Counted from the first letter of the stretch, positions 37,801 to 54,248 are shown. The stretch: DNA of 64,000 bases from Eledone cirrhosa (GCA_964016885.1 OZ024743.1:87172001-87236000); one strand, 5' to 3'. Notes: generated by a model not told the origin, from the letters alone. Numbers and translations are program-made.

Positions 37801-38675
37801 ATCCTCTCAGTTCCCTTTGTAATGTAACTTTGGATTCTTTACATATCTTCTAATAATAATTGTTTCTACATTTGGCACAAGGCCAGCAATTACCCAGTAC
37901 ATTACTGGTACTATATTTTATCGACCCCGCAAGGATGAAAGGCAAAGCTAACTTCGGTGGGATTTGAACTCAGATCGTAAAGGGCCGTAACTCTATACTG
38001 CAAAACAAGGCGTCCAACCCTCTACTGATACTGCCAATCCACCACCCATATCTTCTAATAATAATGGTTTCTGATTTAGGCACAAAGCCAACAATTATGG
38101 CGGAAGGGGAAAATCGATTAAATCGACCCCAGTGCATTACTGGTGTTTTATTTTATTGGCCCTATAACGATGAAAGATGAAAGCATGTTGTCCAACGCTC
38201 TACCGATATGCCAAACCAACGCCCTAATAATAACAATATTGAAGAAGAAGAAGAAGAAGAAGAAGAAGTCAGAGCAAACGAGGCATGAACAGACAATGGA
38301 AAAACACGGACACATCTCTTTCTCATCAGCTAACCGCTGAGGATCACTGCGATTTCAGTTAAAATAAAGTTAATATCGTTCCCCTCGGTGCACCAAGAGT
38401 TATAACACAAGACAAGCCAGTAATAAAACAGTAAAGTACGATAGAGTAAGTCTTTTCGACCAGATTCACATATAAAATGTAAAAAGGTGTTCGTACAACC
38501 CAGCGTGTGTGTTAGGTGGGTGGTGGTGGGACATGTTTGATAAAAAAGAAATCAATAAAATAATCCGTCCAAGGTGGTGCCCCAGCATGTGCGCAGTCTA
38601 ATTATTGAAACCAGTGAAAAATAAATGAACAAGAATATTAAAATAGCCATTGGAAGACCATTGGGTGGCGTTTGG

Positions 38676-40603
<1,928 letters not shown>

Positions 40604-40739
40604 TTCTTCTGGTTTTATAATTTCACAAATGTTTACCAATAGAGAGAGAGTCGGTTTCTAACATAGACACAAGACTCTCTCATTGGAATTTACACATCAA
40701 CTAGGTAGATATGTATGCATGTCTGCATGCATGCATGTG

Positions 40740-41625
40740 TAGATATGGATATTATTGTATGTGTGGATGTGGATGTTTTGAGTTTATGTGTGTATGTATA
40801 TACGCTTTGTATCTGTACATGTGTATATGCAGTTATTAGATGCAAAATTTTTGGAATGTTTTACATATTTTTACTGTTCCATTAATGGATTGTACTTGTA
40901 ATTTCCTAACTAGTTGTGTTCTTTCTGTTCCTGTGAAGCCCAGCTTCCCAAGATTTGTATTGAGACAGTTACTAACATATCCCAGTGCCCCAATAATCAC
41001 AGGCATAAATCTGAAGGTATAATCAGGGTGGAGTATCTGCAGATTTCTCATCAGTTCTGCATAAATATTCTCCTTTTCGCTAATCTTTGATATTATATTG
41101 GCATCTGCTGGGCAGCTAACTTCCACTACTGTGCATGCCTTCTTTTCCCTGTCCCATATCATAATATCTGGTCTGTTATGCCTGCATTTTATTGGGGTTT
41201 TTACTGGAACATTCCACCAGTACTCTTTCATATTATGTATGTATATGTCTTCCACATTACTGTAGCTTTTAATGTGTTTATTGTCGGAGCTATCTTTTCA
41301 ACGGACTGCATTGTACAGTATTTTGGACACTACATCATGCCTCATAGGTAGATAGTACTAGTACTGCGATGACATCTTTGGACAGCTGCTTATGACATAG
41401 GTGACATCTTCAATATTAATTCTGCAGAGTCTGCATTTGTTGTCACATCTAGGTGTTTTGCCTGCATCCCTATCTCTTTTGAGAATCAGGTATTTCGTGT
41501 TGATTTCCTGTTCTTGGATTGCAAAAGCATATCCTTCAAAGTGGGAGCCAATATAGCGGTTGTCGGGCCAAGATAGACTACCTTGCTTATCTATATTACT
41601 CTCATTCTGGAGCTTCCTGGCAATG
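40740..41625 (-). mobile_element. 3' fragment of an RLE-type LINE (R4/NeSL-like)
   Basis: EGYAFAIQEQEI...KCRLC..IEDVTYVISSCP, RHD, WWNVPV...HNRPDIMIWD..VEVSCP..K...Y.....PVIIGALG. Confidence 0.82.
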
Positions 41626-41640
41626 TTTGTATGTATGTAT

Positions 41641-42240
41641 GTCGGGTCACTCTTGAGTGCTACTGGTAACATGTAACCCAGTACAACTTGTCGCATGATC
41701 GAGTCGTCGGCGACTAAACCGGCAACTCCACCAAGTTTATTTGGTGAGGAGGGTGATTTTGGACACCCTGTAGGACAAAAAACCAAACCTGACAAAGGGC
41801 AGAAGAACTCATAAGAGTCATCGGCCATCCAAAAATGTGTAATGATGTATATATGTATATTCATGTATATATGTGTATATATATATGCGTGAGGACATAG
41901 AAATAATCGCGCTGGATACTCGATCGCACGGTTAAACCACCGGGAATGAAGGACCCCTAGTATTTGTCAGGGCATTCTTCTAGGAGAAGACAACTCAGGA
42001 AACTGGGATAACTCCAATATAAAACCTGTGGCTCAGTAGTTACCGATGATGTTGATCTTTTCTTCTTTGCGGGTTATAGCTAGTGTCGCTCAGAGAGTAG
42101 GATTGGCTCAGTGCACAGTCTTTCCTCACTTTAAAAAGATCTTCACACACAGGCATAGCACGATAGCATTGATTGATAATTATTATAATGTTATATCATG
42201 CAATGGCCATACTCAATAACGAGGGGGCAGCCATCATGCA
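41641..42240 (+). mobile_element. Second copy of the RTE-related non-autonomous element
   Basis: High similarity to 21988-22525. Confidence 0.8.
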
Positions 42241-42243
42241 TGT

Positions 42244-42670
42244 ATGAAACGTCAACTCCGGAAGGGTTATGCTCACAATCTTGATGAAGTCATCAGTAGT
42301 TGGACATGCAAATTCTGTCAGCATATACTCCTCTCAAAATCTGGTTATGTTAATCACCTGAAGTCACATGAAAGATTAACCACCCACAACACCACTCAAC
42401 AAATACCCGGAGAAAGTACGGGCGTGATATGCAACAAACTGTGTAGAACTATTTCCGGACTAAAAAAACACATGCATAAAGATAGTGTCCGACGAGGTGA
42501 TCCCCACCGGTCCTATGGAAAGCACACCTCTCTTCTGTCACCTGTATCATAAACCATGCAAATCTACAGCTGGACAACAAAGTCATCTACAACGTCATGG
42601 GGGCAGGTGGAATGACAATGAAGAATCAATAAGAGACGGCAATCATCTGCGAAGACGCTGCAATCCTCAT
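42244..42670 (+). mobile_element. LINE (RTE-like) 3' remnant with three C2H2 fingers
   Basis: CKFC..SKSGYVNHLKSH; CNKLCRTISGLKKHMH; CHLYHKPCKSTAGQQSHLQRH. Confidence 0.55.
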
Positions 42671-43136
42671 GTATATATGTGGGGGGGGGGGGCGGTTTAG
42701 TCACCGACGACCCGACCATGAGACAAGTTCTACTGGTTTACATGTTACCAGTAGCACTCGAGAACGACCTGATCAAGCTTACTTTGTGAGGAGGGTGATA
42801 TTTGGACACCCTGCGGGATGAAATACAAGACCCGGCAAAAGCCATCCAAATAGTACTTTTTTTTACCTGGGAGTGAAAGGCCCCCAGTTGTTGTCACAAC
42901 ACCTTTCTAGGAGAGGGAAATTCTGAAAAAAAAACCTGCGGCGTCGGAAGCATCCGATGATGTTGACCAGTTCTCCTTTTCGGGTAGTCCCCCCCCCCAC
43001 ACACACACACACCTCCTTCACGCCACCGATGTTGTCCAATGAAAAGGCAATGGCAGATACAGCTTGGCACCAGTGACGTTGCAACTTATTTCTACTGATG
43101 AGTCATGCGCCTTCACTTGTTATATATATTTTCGTA

Positions 43137-45297
43137 TCTTTATATATATAAAAGCGAGGATGTGTGTGTGTGTGCATGCATAAGGCTTTCACAATTACCA
43201 ACTGAATTTGACCAAATTTTCTGTGCACGTTGCACAGGTCGCTAAGATTGTTACATCACAAACATTTTTCAAATCGACCCACGTTGAGCAATAAAAAATC
43301 GATATCAAAATTATCGGTAGAAAAATTGATGTAAGGGAGATAACAAACTTTATTGACAATCCTTATAAAAAAGGGAGATAACCTTTTCACCAAATATGCC
43401 CCGTAAAAGAAAGTATGCACATATTGGCTATCGGTCGAAGAAAATAATGCATGTAAATGACGCTCCGCCGATAACCTAAAATAGACAATCACTAAATGCG
43501 GTGAGTACAGTTATTGCAACATCTTTGTCCGCCGCTGAGCGTCGGTTAGTGCGGCGAACCAATAATGCTAAAGCAACTGCTGCAGAGACTACAGAGCAAC
43601 GTGAAATACGCCTTGCTACGGATGCTACAGATACTGCTGCAGCAAGATCTGCAGAGACAGTACAAAAATATGAAAGGCAGCAACTTTGCTCACTGGTGGA
43701 AGGACGGCACATTCAGTTTTTAAATTGCCCCTTGATTTGGCAAAATTGGAAACTCCTACTTGTCATATCACCAAAGACTCCGAAAGGGCTCATCTGCTGC
43801 GAAGGTGTCACCTTATTGTTTGGGATGAGTGCACAATGGCGCACAGAGGTGCTCTTGAGGCACTAGACAGGTCTTTTCAAGACATACGGGATTGCAATGA
43901 TGTTATGGGGGGTGTCACCCTTCTGCTATCAGGAGACTTCAGACAGACTCTTCCTATAATACTGAAAGGAACAAGAGCAGATGCGGTAAATGCATGTCTT
44001 AAGTCTTCACCATTGTGGCGACAAATGACATCATTAAGACTAACTACCAACATGCGTGCAAGGTTGCATGGGGACCCTCTGACATCAACATATTCTGGAG
44101 ACATTATTACAACAGGAGATGGTAACCTACCTCCGGATACAGATGGACACATAGCAATTGATCACATCTGCAATGTAGTTGAAACTGTCGATGATCTCAA
44201 GGCGAGTGTATTCTCGAACTTGCGTGATAACTATACGAATCACGGTTAGCTGTATTAACGATCAGCTTCTTCAGCTTCTTCCTGGATGTCCACGGATATA
44301 TAAATCTATTGATACTGTATGTGATCCACAGGATGCGGTCAATTATCCAGTTGAATTTCTAAATTCTTTAAATCCTCCTGGTTCACCTCCTAATACATTG
44401 GTTCTGAAAGAGGGAACGCCAGTTATTTTGCTGAGAAATATCACTCCTCCAAAACTATGCAATGGTACACGCCTTGTGGTTAAAAAACTGTCTCCACTTA
44501 GTATTGACGCTACCATTCTATCCGGATCTGGAAAAGCCGAGGATGTGATAATAACAAAAATTAGCCTGACTACATCAGGCGTGGATACTCCCTTCTCCTT
44601 TCGCCGAACCTAATTTCCCCTTCGTGTTGCCTTTGCGATGTCCATAAACAAGTCGCCAGGTCAAACTCTGTCCGTCGCTGGAATTCACTTGGATGAACTT
44701 TGCTTTTCGCACGGACAATTCTACGTTGCCTCCTCACGAGTTGGCAGTCGAGATAATCTCTTTGCGTTTGTTCCGAAAAGAAAAACAAAGAATATCGTCT
44801 ATCCTGAAGTGCTTTAGTGTTAACAAAAAAATGTATTACAGCTCTGCTTTGACTTCACCTTACTCATTACAAAACATACCAATGAATGTCATGCAGGATA
44901 TTTTGGATTATAAGTTAAAAATTTAACCATACACAGCAAAGGATGCTCTCAAAGAATAGATTTTCTCTTATTCTACTCTCATTGTTTTTTTGTTTGTATA
45001 CAACTCTGCTTTCATTACAACTTTTTGTACTTTAGCAAAACTGCCTGTTTTGTATACAGATTTGCAACGTGGATTGTCTTTAATCATTTGTATAACTACA
45101 TCCTGTTCAGTGTTTTCCTTCATTATCAGCATAGTTTTATGTGTACAAAGATTGCACTAAATATTCGTTTGCATTAATTATTGAAGACTTCTGCTTATTT
45201 TGACAGGTTGGGGACAAATAATGTTCTTCTTTTACTTCCTAGCTGTATATTCTTAGCATATTTTCAAACGCCGAGCAACGCCGGGTAAATCTGCTAG
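43137..45297 (+). mobile_element. Internally deleted Helitron retaining Pif1 helicase remnants
   Basis: 5' A|TCTTTATATATATAAAA; 3' ccgagcaacgccggg-taaatctg-CTAG|T; GGRTAHSVFKLP, IVWDECTM, GDFRQTLP, LTTNMR, PVILLRN..LCNGTRL, then FPLRVAFAMSINKSPGQ. Confidence 0.9.
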
Positions 45298-48200
45298 TAT
45301 ATTCTATAGGACAAGCTAATGTTTGTGACAACTATTATTGTTCGTGTATGTTTATATTTTATATATTTTCTTTTCTTTTTCTAAGTTATATAAAACAATA
45401 GACAATAAAAGATGTCACAACGATATTAGATTGTCCCGCAAAATATACAGTTTCTTCGGTCCATAGGGGTATGACAATAATAAATATTTTATTTCTCATA
45501 TTTTCTCTCATAAAACTTTTCAACTACAAAAGGACAACATCTAAAAAGTTTGTTTTTTTTAATGTTGGTGCAAGAATTGTAATTTTGATTTGGATCCATT
45601 GGGAATTTCAAAGAATACAGATTATAGCATTTTAGTTAGTTTGCAGCTTACCTTTGTATGATTTTCAAAAATAATATCTATCGTTGTCTTATCAAGTGCG
45701 TGCGTATGTTAAACGAGGATTCAAGTGGGAGTTGTAGGGACGCCACCTCAAAGAAAAGAGTGTTCGACCATGAAACAACGATAAAAACATTTCTGGTGTG
45801 GTAAAAGTCTTTTACCGATTTTCTGGTAAAAAGTTTTTTTGTTGCCGCTGGCGATTGTCATTTTGTCTGCGTGGCGCAGTCGAAACACCACTCTGACCTA
45901 GTCGTAGCGACTGTTACCCTCCCTTCCCCCTTTCTCTCTTCCTTTGTCTAGTAGTCCTTGCTCTCCTCCTTCTTTTCCTTTGATTTGGCATTTATAGTCC
46001 TTTCCAATACTGCTCTCTTTTTCTGTAAGTTTATATAACTTTATTACGAAATAAAACAATATATTTTTTCTATGCCCAGCGAAATAAATATTTTAAAATT
46101 GAAAAAAAAAAAATTGAATAAAAGACTAGGTTTTATTTCTTCATATGCATTATCTGGGCTTTTAAGTCCTTTATAAAAAATAACTAAACAACCAATGAAA
46201 TAATCTGGTGTATGTATATGTAGTGTGGTAAATAAATATATACTGAATATAATTGTTTCTACTTTAGGCACAAGGCCAGCAATTACCTAGTACATTACTG
46301 GTACTTTATTTTATCGACCCCGTAAGGATGAAAGGCAAAGTTAACCTCGGCGGGATTTGAACTCAGACTGTAAAAGGATGTAACTATGCTAGAAAGCATG
46401 GCGTCCAGCCCTCTACCGATACTGCCAATTCACCGCCCCTTATACTGAATAAATGGAAACAAACTCCCATTGTCACTACCTCCGTCTCTCCCGCCCTTTC
46501 CGTCTCTTACTATTATAAGCAAATGTGGGCCGCTCCGCTGCCCCAGCAGACAGAATAATGTCGTTTGTATATTTTAATAATTGTCGTGTGAATGTGTTGC
46601 GTTACATTTCTTTCTGTATTTTCAATGGCTTAGTCTAGTAATTTCTTTAAATTCTGACCCCCACCCCCTTATTAATTTTTCAGATCCCCTCAGCCCCGCT
46701 TATTAAATTTTACTAATCTATCTCTGGAGAAATTTTATTTTAAGTAGTAACATTCCTGTGACAATTTTCTTTATACATTAAAAGAAAAACATTAAACTTG
46801 TCAAAAAAAGTACATTACAAGAAATCCTCACCATACGGAGAGGTGGGGAGGGTGAGAGAGATGGAGGCGATGACAGTGGGAGTTCGGCTGTTCTTTCATG
46901 TTTACTTAGGTTACTATTTTCTATTGTATATTGTTATTGTAGTTCTGAATAAGTTGCTAATCTGTCCTCGTTATAAAATAAATACGATGGGTTGGGGTCT
47001 AAATATGTAAACTAAACGACTAATTCTGGTTTAAAAAAAAAAAAAATCAACGGAGACAACCCTAGAAACATTATTGATTTTCCACTCCCACCATCGCCTT
47101 CTTATTTGGGACCCGAGAGTAATGCTTTATTTATGGAAGAGAATTTAAATAATTTTCTCAGTAGGATTTCCCCTATACAACTATCGCTGTGTCCATGTTG
47201 GTAGATACGTTTATTGGTGTCCAGGGTGGAAATAGATGTGATCTGTTGTTTTCTGTCAAACTCATTATGTCTGTTATCAACGTGATAATCTTTAAAAGTG
47301 TTATATAGTGTACTGATAATAAATAAGATTGGCTGGGTGCTACTTTAGCTAGTAATGGCAAGTAATTGCTAGCATTTATCATTATATCAATGGTAATAAT
47401 GATTTTTACTATAGGCACAAGGCCAGCAATTTTGGGGGCGAGGAAAGTCGATTAAATCGATACCAGCGCATTACTGGTACTTTATTTTATTGACCCCGTA
47501 AGGATGAAAGAAAAAGCTAACCTCGGCGGGATTTGAACTCAGATCGTAAAAGGCCGTAACTCTATGCTGAAAAGCATGGTTTCCAACGATCTACCGATAC
47601 TGTCAATCCACCGCCCTTATAATAATTGTTTCTACTTTGGGCACAAGACCAGCAATTATCCAAGTACATTACTGGTACTTTATTTTATCGACCCGCAAGG
47701 ATGAAAGGCAAAGTTAACCTTGTAATAATGACTTAACCTTTTGATACTAACCCGCCTAAAACCGTATATAGTTTTATCAGACAAAAGCTCTAATTATAAA
47801 AGAGTCCATATCTAAATTCAAACTATTAATCATCGTTTTAAGTAAGAATGTTTTGTTAATGTTTCACAAACTACCTTAATAATGATTTCTACATTAAGCA
47901 CAAGGTCGGCAATTTGAGGAGTAGGAAAAGTTGATTAAATTGAACCAGTATTTGACTGGTATTTTATTTTATAGATGCAAAAAGGATGGAAGGGAAAGTT
48001 GACCTTGACTCAGGATATAAAGAATCGGAATAAATACGACTACGCATTTGTCCGATGCTCTAACGACTTTGTCAATATGCCAAAGTTACTTATTTTATTA
48101 AACCTTTCCAAATTTCTGCTTATTTTCAAAATTCATTGTAGTTCATGTACTTAACTTGAAATACTATAGTGGTGTGGTGGTGATGTATGGGTGGTATATA

Positions 48201-49889
48201 CATACATACAGATCTACCTCTCCATCCCCCACGTACCTCCTCAGCCCCTGTCCACACTGTGAAGTGGTCGATTTGGTGCCACAGCATAAAGTACCCAGTC
48301 CACACTGTAAAGTGGTCGTATAGGTGTCACAATAAAAATCACCCAATACATACTATATGGTTGGCGTTAGGAAGGGCATCCAACTGTAGAAACCAAGTCA
48401 GAAATAATTCTGTATGAACAAGATACGACCATACGACTTGGCTTGTGTCACAACCTGACAACTCGTCTAACTCATGCTAGAGTGGAAAAAATGGACGTTA
48501 AATGATGATGATGATATATAGTATGAGTCTCTGCCGACAGCTGAGCTCTTGGCGTTTCGACGGCGAAACGCACAGGTACACACGTGTGAGTGTTTATATT
48601 ACCTATTTATTTGTGTCCCATAACATAGCGATCCGACAAAAAGAGATCGATAAAATGTGTACTAAAATTGAAAAAAAAAAAAAAAGTACTGCCCCAGCAT
48701 TGCCGCAATCTAATGCTTGAATACAATATAGTCTACTCCAATCTAAGGCTAGGTGGAGTTACCTCCCGTGTCAAGAACTCCGCCATGTTTAATTTTTTGG
48801 CTGCTTCGTTCGATATAACCCTATAGTGTATTCTTTTCAGAGAAAATTATAATTTAACACCGAGAATGATTTAATTATACCAGTTTATGTGGTTGCAGCA
48901 ATTATAACACAGAATTTAGACAAAATATTTATAAACTATTTAACAATTATATTTATAAACAAAATTAGGACTTGGTTTTTCGATATAAAACTCACGAATA
49001 TTTATCTTTTGTTAGAATTACAAAACTTAGACTTTTTTCCCCAGAGTTACTTCCCGTAATAACGTTTCTTACAATTTGCCTTGGTTGTAACTAGTATAGC
49101 TTGCATTGGCAAGTTGGTAGAGCTTCGAATAAAATGCCATTGCAATATATTTTCGGGCTTTTTATATTTTAAGTTCAAATCCCATCGAGGTCAACTTTGC
49201 TTTTTATCTTTCTTGCGTCGATAAAATAAAACAACAGCCAAGAATGGGGTTGATTTGATCAACATCACCCTTCCTGCAAATTTGCTGGCTTGTGCCTCAA
49301 TTGGAAATTAATATAGTAAATATTATTCAACAAACATGGAAAATAGTCGTTAAACAGAGGTGGTGGTGGTGATGATGATGATATACATATCATATATATG
49401 TATATACAAAGGCAGGTATCAGAAAAATACATAGTATTAGTATGTGAATATTGTTAACTATAAAATAAAAGTCAGTATAACAGTTAAGACATGCCTGTCA
49501 TCCTATTTGTGATTGGTACAAGTTTACTAATATATAACCATTTATGTTAAGATATTGGCACACTGTAAAGTAGTTGGTGATAAGAAAGGCATCCAGTCAT
49601 AGATGCCTGTGTCAATGGTATAACCTCTCCGAAGACTTGATGGAACATGAGACCATACCTAAGCACACAGGTCCCTGGGAGATCAGTGACTCCGCTTCAG
49701 TACCGAATTGGTCTATATAGACCCGTCTAACTCTTGCTAGCAGGGAAACAGATGTTAAAATGACAAGATGACGATGATTGCTACTTCACCAATAAAGATA
49801 AATGTGTTGGTGAAGATGGAGTATAGGTTGGGGGTAAGTTGCTCCTAAACTATTGTTTACATACAATTTGAAACTGTTTCCAACGTCAG

Positions 49890-51440
49890 AAACACAATCA
49901 GCCACTAGTACAGTCTAGAGGTGCAGCCAGGATATAGACATGGAATTTGGCATCAATGTGCAGTTGTCAACAAGAAAGGAAAGGAGCGGAGTCGCATGTA
50001 ACTGGCATTGAATTACCTTGTTTTGAACGAATGAATGATTGAGTGATCCAAGTGATGACAAATATAAATATCTAGGAATCTTAGAGGTTGATAAGCCATT
50101 ACATGGGCTAATGATATACATTGTAAAAAAAAATTTAAAAAAACATATCTACACAGGCTTAAACTTCTTAAGTCCAAACTGCATGTAAGAAATGTTATTC
50201 TTGCTGTAAACACCTGGGCTGTTTCTGTGTCATAGTACAATGCTGGGATCCTCAAGTGAACTAAGGCGGAGGTTGATGAGACAGGTTACAGAACAAGAAA
50301 AATGAAGGCATTACATCAAAGAGCAAGTGTAAATCGGCTGTACATGAAACACACTGTTGGCGGAAGAGGTTTTTGTCGTATAGAATGTAGCAATAATGAG
50401 AGGCTAGCCATTAATTGCCACCTGATAAATAGTAAGAAAGGACTTCTTCAGCAGCAATGGGCCTAGAAAACGGGAAGATGAAAAGTAAAGTAGAATTTGA
50501 GAGACAAATCTCTGTAGAGAATAACGAAGAAGTAGTTGGAAAGACATGGCATGGCCAACTTGAATGACAAATCTGATTTAATAACTGAAAAGTCTTTGGA
50601 TTGACTCTCCTACAGTGATCTAAAAACAGAGACTGAAGCATTGTTGATATCAGCCCAAGAACAAGCTTTGAGTACTAAGTTGGTGACTAAAGAGATATAT
50701 AATCTTAGTGAAAATGTGACGTGCCATCTGTGTGGAATTAATAAAGTGTCACTCATATAGTAAGTGCCCACAAAACGCTAGCTCACTAAGGGTATATGCA
50801 TGTATGGTCCCATAACTCCTGATGGAATTGTAGCAGCGCCATATTAACATACAGCATTTCTAAGGCATTTGTTAAACCCGGTGGAGCCCATCCCTCTCTA
50901 GGTCTGAATACAGCAGGTTTCTTCCAGAGAAGGATAGAGAGTGAGAGAGAGGAAGTGAGAAAGAAATGTAGAGGAAGAATCAACCCCAGTACTAGACTGG
51001 TACATTTTTTATTGGCCTCGAAAGGGTATATAAGGCATGACAAAGTGTGTAAGTACCTTCACTGGTCACAGTGCAAAACAATACAAATATCATGTGTCTG
51101 ATAAGTGGTACCAGTATGTCCCAGAAAGTGTCCTTGATAACAAAGACTAATCCAAGATACTTTGGGACTTCACTATACATACAGCCTGAAGAATTGAACA
51201 CAAGCTTGATGTTGTAATTATGCTCAGAAATCAACATGAATGCCAGATTATTGATATTACCATCTCAGGAGATCACAACCCACAATATACTCTTAAAAGG
51301 AATTGCAAAAAAATATATATATATACTGACTTGAAGACTGAAATTGTATGAATGTGATCAATGCCATCTAACAAGATAATTGCAGTTGTCATCAGAGCTT
51401 TGAGCTCAATACCAATAAAATTGTGAGGGTATCTTCAGCA
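49890..51440 (+). mobile_element. Heavily degraded R4/Dong-like LINE fragment
   Basis: Remnants MEFG, YKYLGI, AVNTWAV, RLYM....GGRG, LKTETEALLISAQEQAL, ILWDF; many stops. Confidence 0.65.
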
Positions 51441-52716
51441 AATGATTAAGCCTTTAGCATTTACATTTCTCTCTATATATATACTATTATATTTTCATGG
51501 TAAAGGCTTTATCTCACATAATATCGAATTTACGAGATTTTGATATTTATTTTAGAACAATACCTTAACATCAGTATGAGCAGCCAGTTTGAACAGAAAG
51601 AGCTGAGAGAATTCAGCTGGATACAGCTGGTTTAAATGCTAAAGGGTTAAAGAAAATATGGAAGAAAATTATTGTAATTAATTTAAATGAATGTAAAATT
51701 AAATACAGATGGGAGAGAGTCGGTCAAGGAAAACTTTAGGATTCAGGCATCTTTACATAAAATAGTCATCAAGTAATTATTAAATCAAATACATATTTTA
51801 GTATAAACTCCATTTTTGATGGGTACTATGTTAGTAATAATAATAATGACAAATTCTTTATAATAATATTCAGGAAAATATAAATCCCTTGTTTATTATA
51901 ACACAGAGGAGAACTTTCTTACAAAACAATGTTTCTTTTTATTAATAAGTAAGCAAGATGCATTAAAATTAATTTAAACATCAATGATTTCATCCAATTA
52001 TTGTTTGTTTATAAAGTGTTTAGTTATATATAAGTGTTACTGTGTTTGTGTATATATGTGTGTGTGTTTTATATATATATATATACATAAACACACACAT
52101 ACATGGTGTTCCCATAAGCAAGGCAATGTTTAAACTTATTTTACATATTCAGAAACTTAGGGAACATAGGGTGTATATATACGTTTGTGTCTGTATATGT
52201 ATGTGTGTATGTGCGTGTGTCTATGTATATAATTGTCTACATGCATGTTTATGTGGGTGTAATGCATGTGGATATATACATATATATATATAGACCAACA
52301 TATGTTTCACCAGGCTACATAAGAACAAGCAGTTTGCTCTCATTGAAATCCAGCTCTTCAGGGTTTATAAAACATTTAAATTAACTTCACATTGCCAAAC
52401 GTGTAGGCGTTTTCTCAACTAGTCTGATCTCATATATATATATATATATATATAGCCAGGTGGTACTAATAAGTTAGATATGGCCTGGGCCAATACTGGC
52501 CAAAGCTTATCAAAGGTAAAGTTATATAACTCAGGATGGATTCAGTTTGAAACTGGTTAGACCATTACTCAACAGAGTACTCAATACTTGGGGTAGTAGA
52601 GTATGGTTATATTATAAAGAGTCTATATATATACAGGGTGTAGCAAAAATAACCTCCACATTTTGTTAGTTGACCATGTAAAATATGGGAGGTTTTTCTG
52701 CTGCACCCTGTGTATG

Positions 52717-52768
<52 letters not shown>

Positions 52769-52860
52769 AAAGTTATATTTAATTTGTTGGGATTCAACAA
52801 GCTTAAACATTTTATAACTGATATAAAGCACTCAACAGATTACTGGAGAAAATATTCATT

Positions 52861-53193
52861 ATATTAATAAATGGAAACTATATTTATAAAACCATAATTA
52901 TTTTATGATACATATTTCAAGGGCAACCAAGGCAAATTTTTGGTGTGCTTTCATCAGATAAAATACAAAATTTGTTTTATAAATGTTGACATACCCGCAG
53001 AAAAACATTCCAGCAGAAAAACTATCCAGCGAACCTTCAACCATCAAGGTTGTTTTTCTACAGGTATGTCAACATTTATAAAACATATTTTGTATTTTAT
53101 CTGATGAAAGTGCACCAAAATTTGCCTTGGTTGCCCTTGAAATATATATAAAATAATTATGGTTTTATAAATATAGTTTCCATTTATTAATAT

Positions 53194-53195
<2 letters not shown>
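52861..53195. repeat. Inverted repeat, ~145-bp arms, with hammerhead
   Basis: atattaataaatggaaacta...gttgacatacc mirrored by ggtatgtcaac...tagtttccatttattaatat. Confidence 0.9.
52899..52965 (-). ncRNA. Type I hammerhead candidate; degenerate mirror 53093-53155 (+)
   Basis: tattttat-CTGATGA-aag..accaa...ttggt..ctt-GAAA-tatgta-TC-ataaaata. Confidence 0.75.
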
Positions 53196-53257
<62 letters not shown>

Positions 53258-53659
53258 TGCATGCACATGTGTATACGCATATATATGCATAGATGTGTAT
53301 AAGGTGTTATCAGAAAACCTCCCAAACTGCATTTGCTGCAGTTGCATTATTCAACAGAAATTTGTGCACAGCTAACGACCATTAGTAGACAACTTACTGA
53401 ATCAGTCTACACATAGAGTTCACGCTATCTACTAGTGTTTAATTATTACACAAGCTTTTCTATGATGGGTTAGAATGGCTCTGCAATTTTTACAATAGCT
53501 GAGATTTCAAGCAAAGGAGACTAAGAAAGATCTGGGCAGAGGTTGTGAGAACTGATCTGAAATTGCTGAAGCTCACAGGGGAGATGACAAAGGATAGCAA
53601 CAATTGGAGGGATGCTGTGCTGGCAAAGACTTTTCCAACCCATGTAAGCGGTGATCATG

Positions 53660-54248
53660 ACAACGATACCTACATCAAATTTTATGCGAAGCTCAGCACA
53701 TCTCCTACTGAGACCCTTGAAATACTTCATTAGGCTTTTGGTGAATATTATTAATGTTGACCAGAGGTTTTTGTATACAATGCATGTTTCAAAACTGGTT
53801 GAATCTCAGTTCAAAATAATAAGTGTACTGGGAAACCAATCTTTAGCAAAATGCCAGGAAATGTAGACTTATCCGTGATGATCATTACTGAACAATCCAT
53901 CACCTGTCACATAACTGCAATCAGCTATGGAGTTGGTCTACTCAGAACTTCTGCAAAATGATGCAGTTTTTGACAAGGAACAAAATAATAGATATTTCTC
54001 ACTTGACCTGTTCCACAATCACTTCTCTCTGTTTCCCCAAATATTTAACACCCTCCGTATACGCTTGACTTGTTCTTTGGTCACTTTTCCATGTTTCCCT
54101 ATATGAATTTATAGCTTCAAGAGGGTAGATAAAATTCCAACATAATTGATATGGTACAGTTTACAGGAAGAAGGCTTCCATGGTAATTTGCAAGTGTGGG
54201 AGACATGCAGAGATCACAGTATGCTCCTAAGAGGACTATTTAAAAGCA
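53660..54248 (+). mobile_element. Mariner transposase remnant
   Basis: IKFYAKLSTSPTETLEILH*AFGE (mariner HTH); degenerate HPPY.LDL (YSPDL motif) near 54050; terminal DYF-like remnant. Confidence 0.6.

Noticed and set aside
42244-42600. Host C2H2 zinc-finger gene
   Set aside because: Frameshifted, degenerate fingers, LINE-like tail, embedded among RTE-related repeats.
43095-43110. CTGATGAG motif
   Set aside because: No downstream stem II-GAAA; chance occurrence.
43686-44820. Host PIF1 helicase gene
   Set aside because: Frameshifts and stops, and bounded by Helitron termini.
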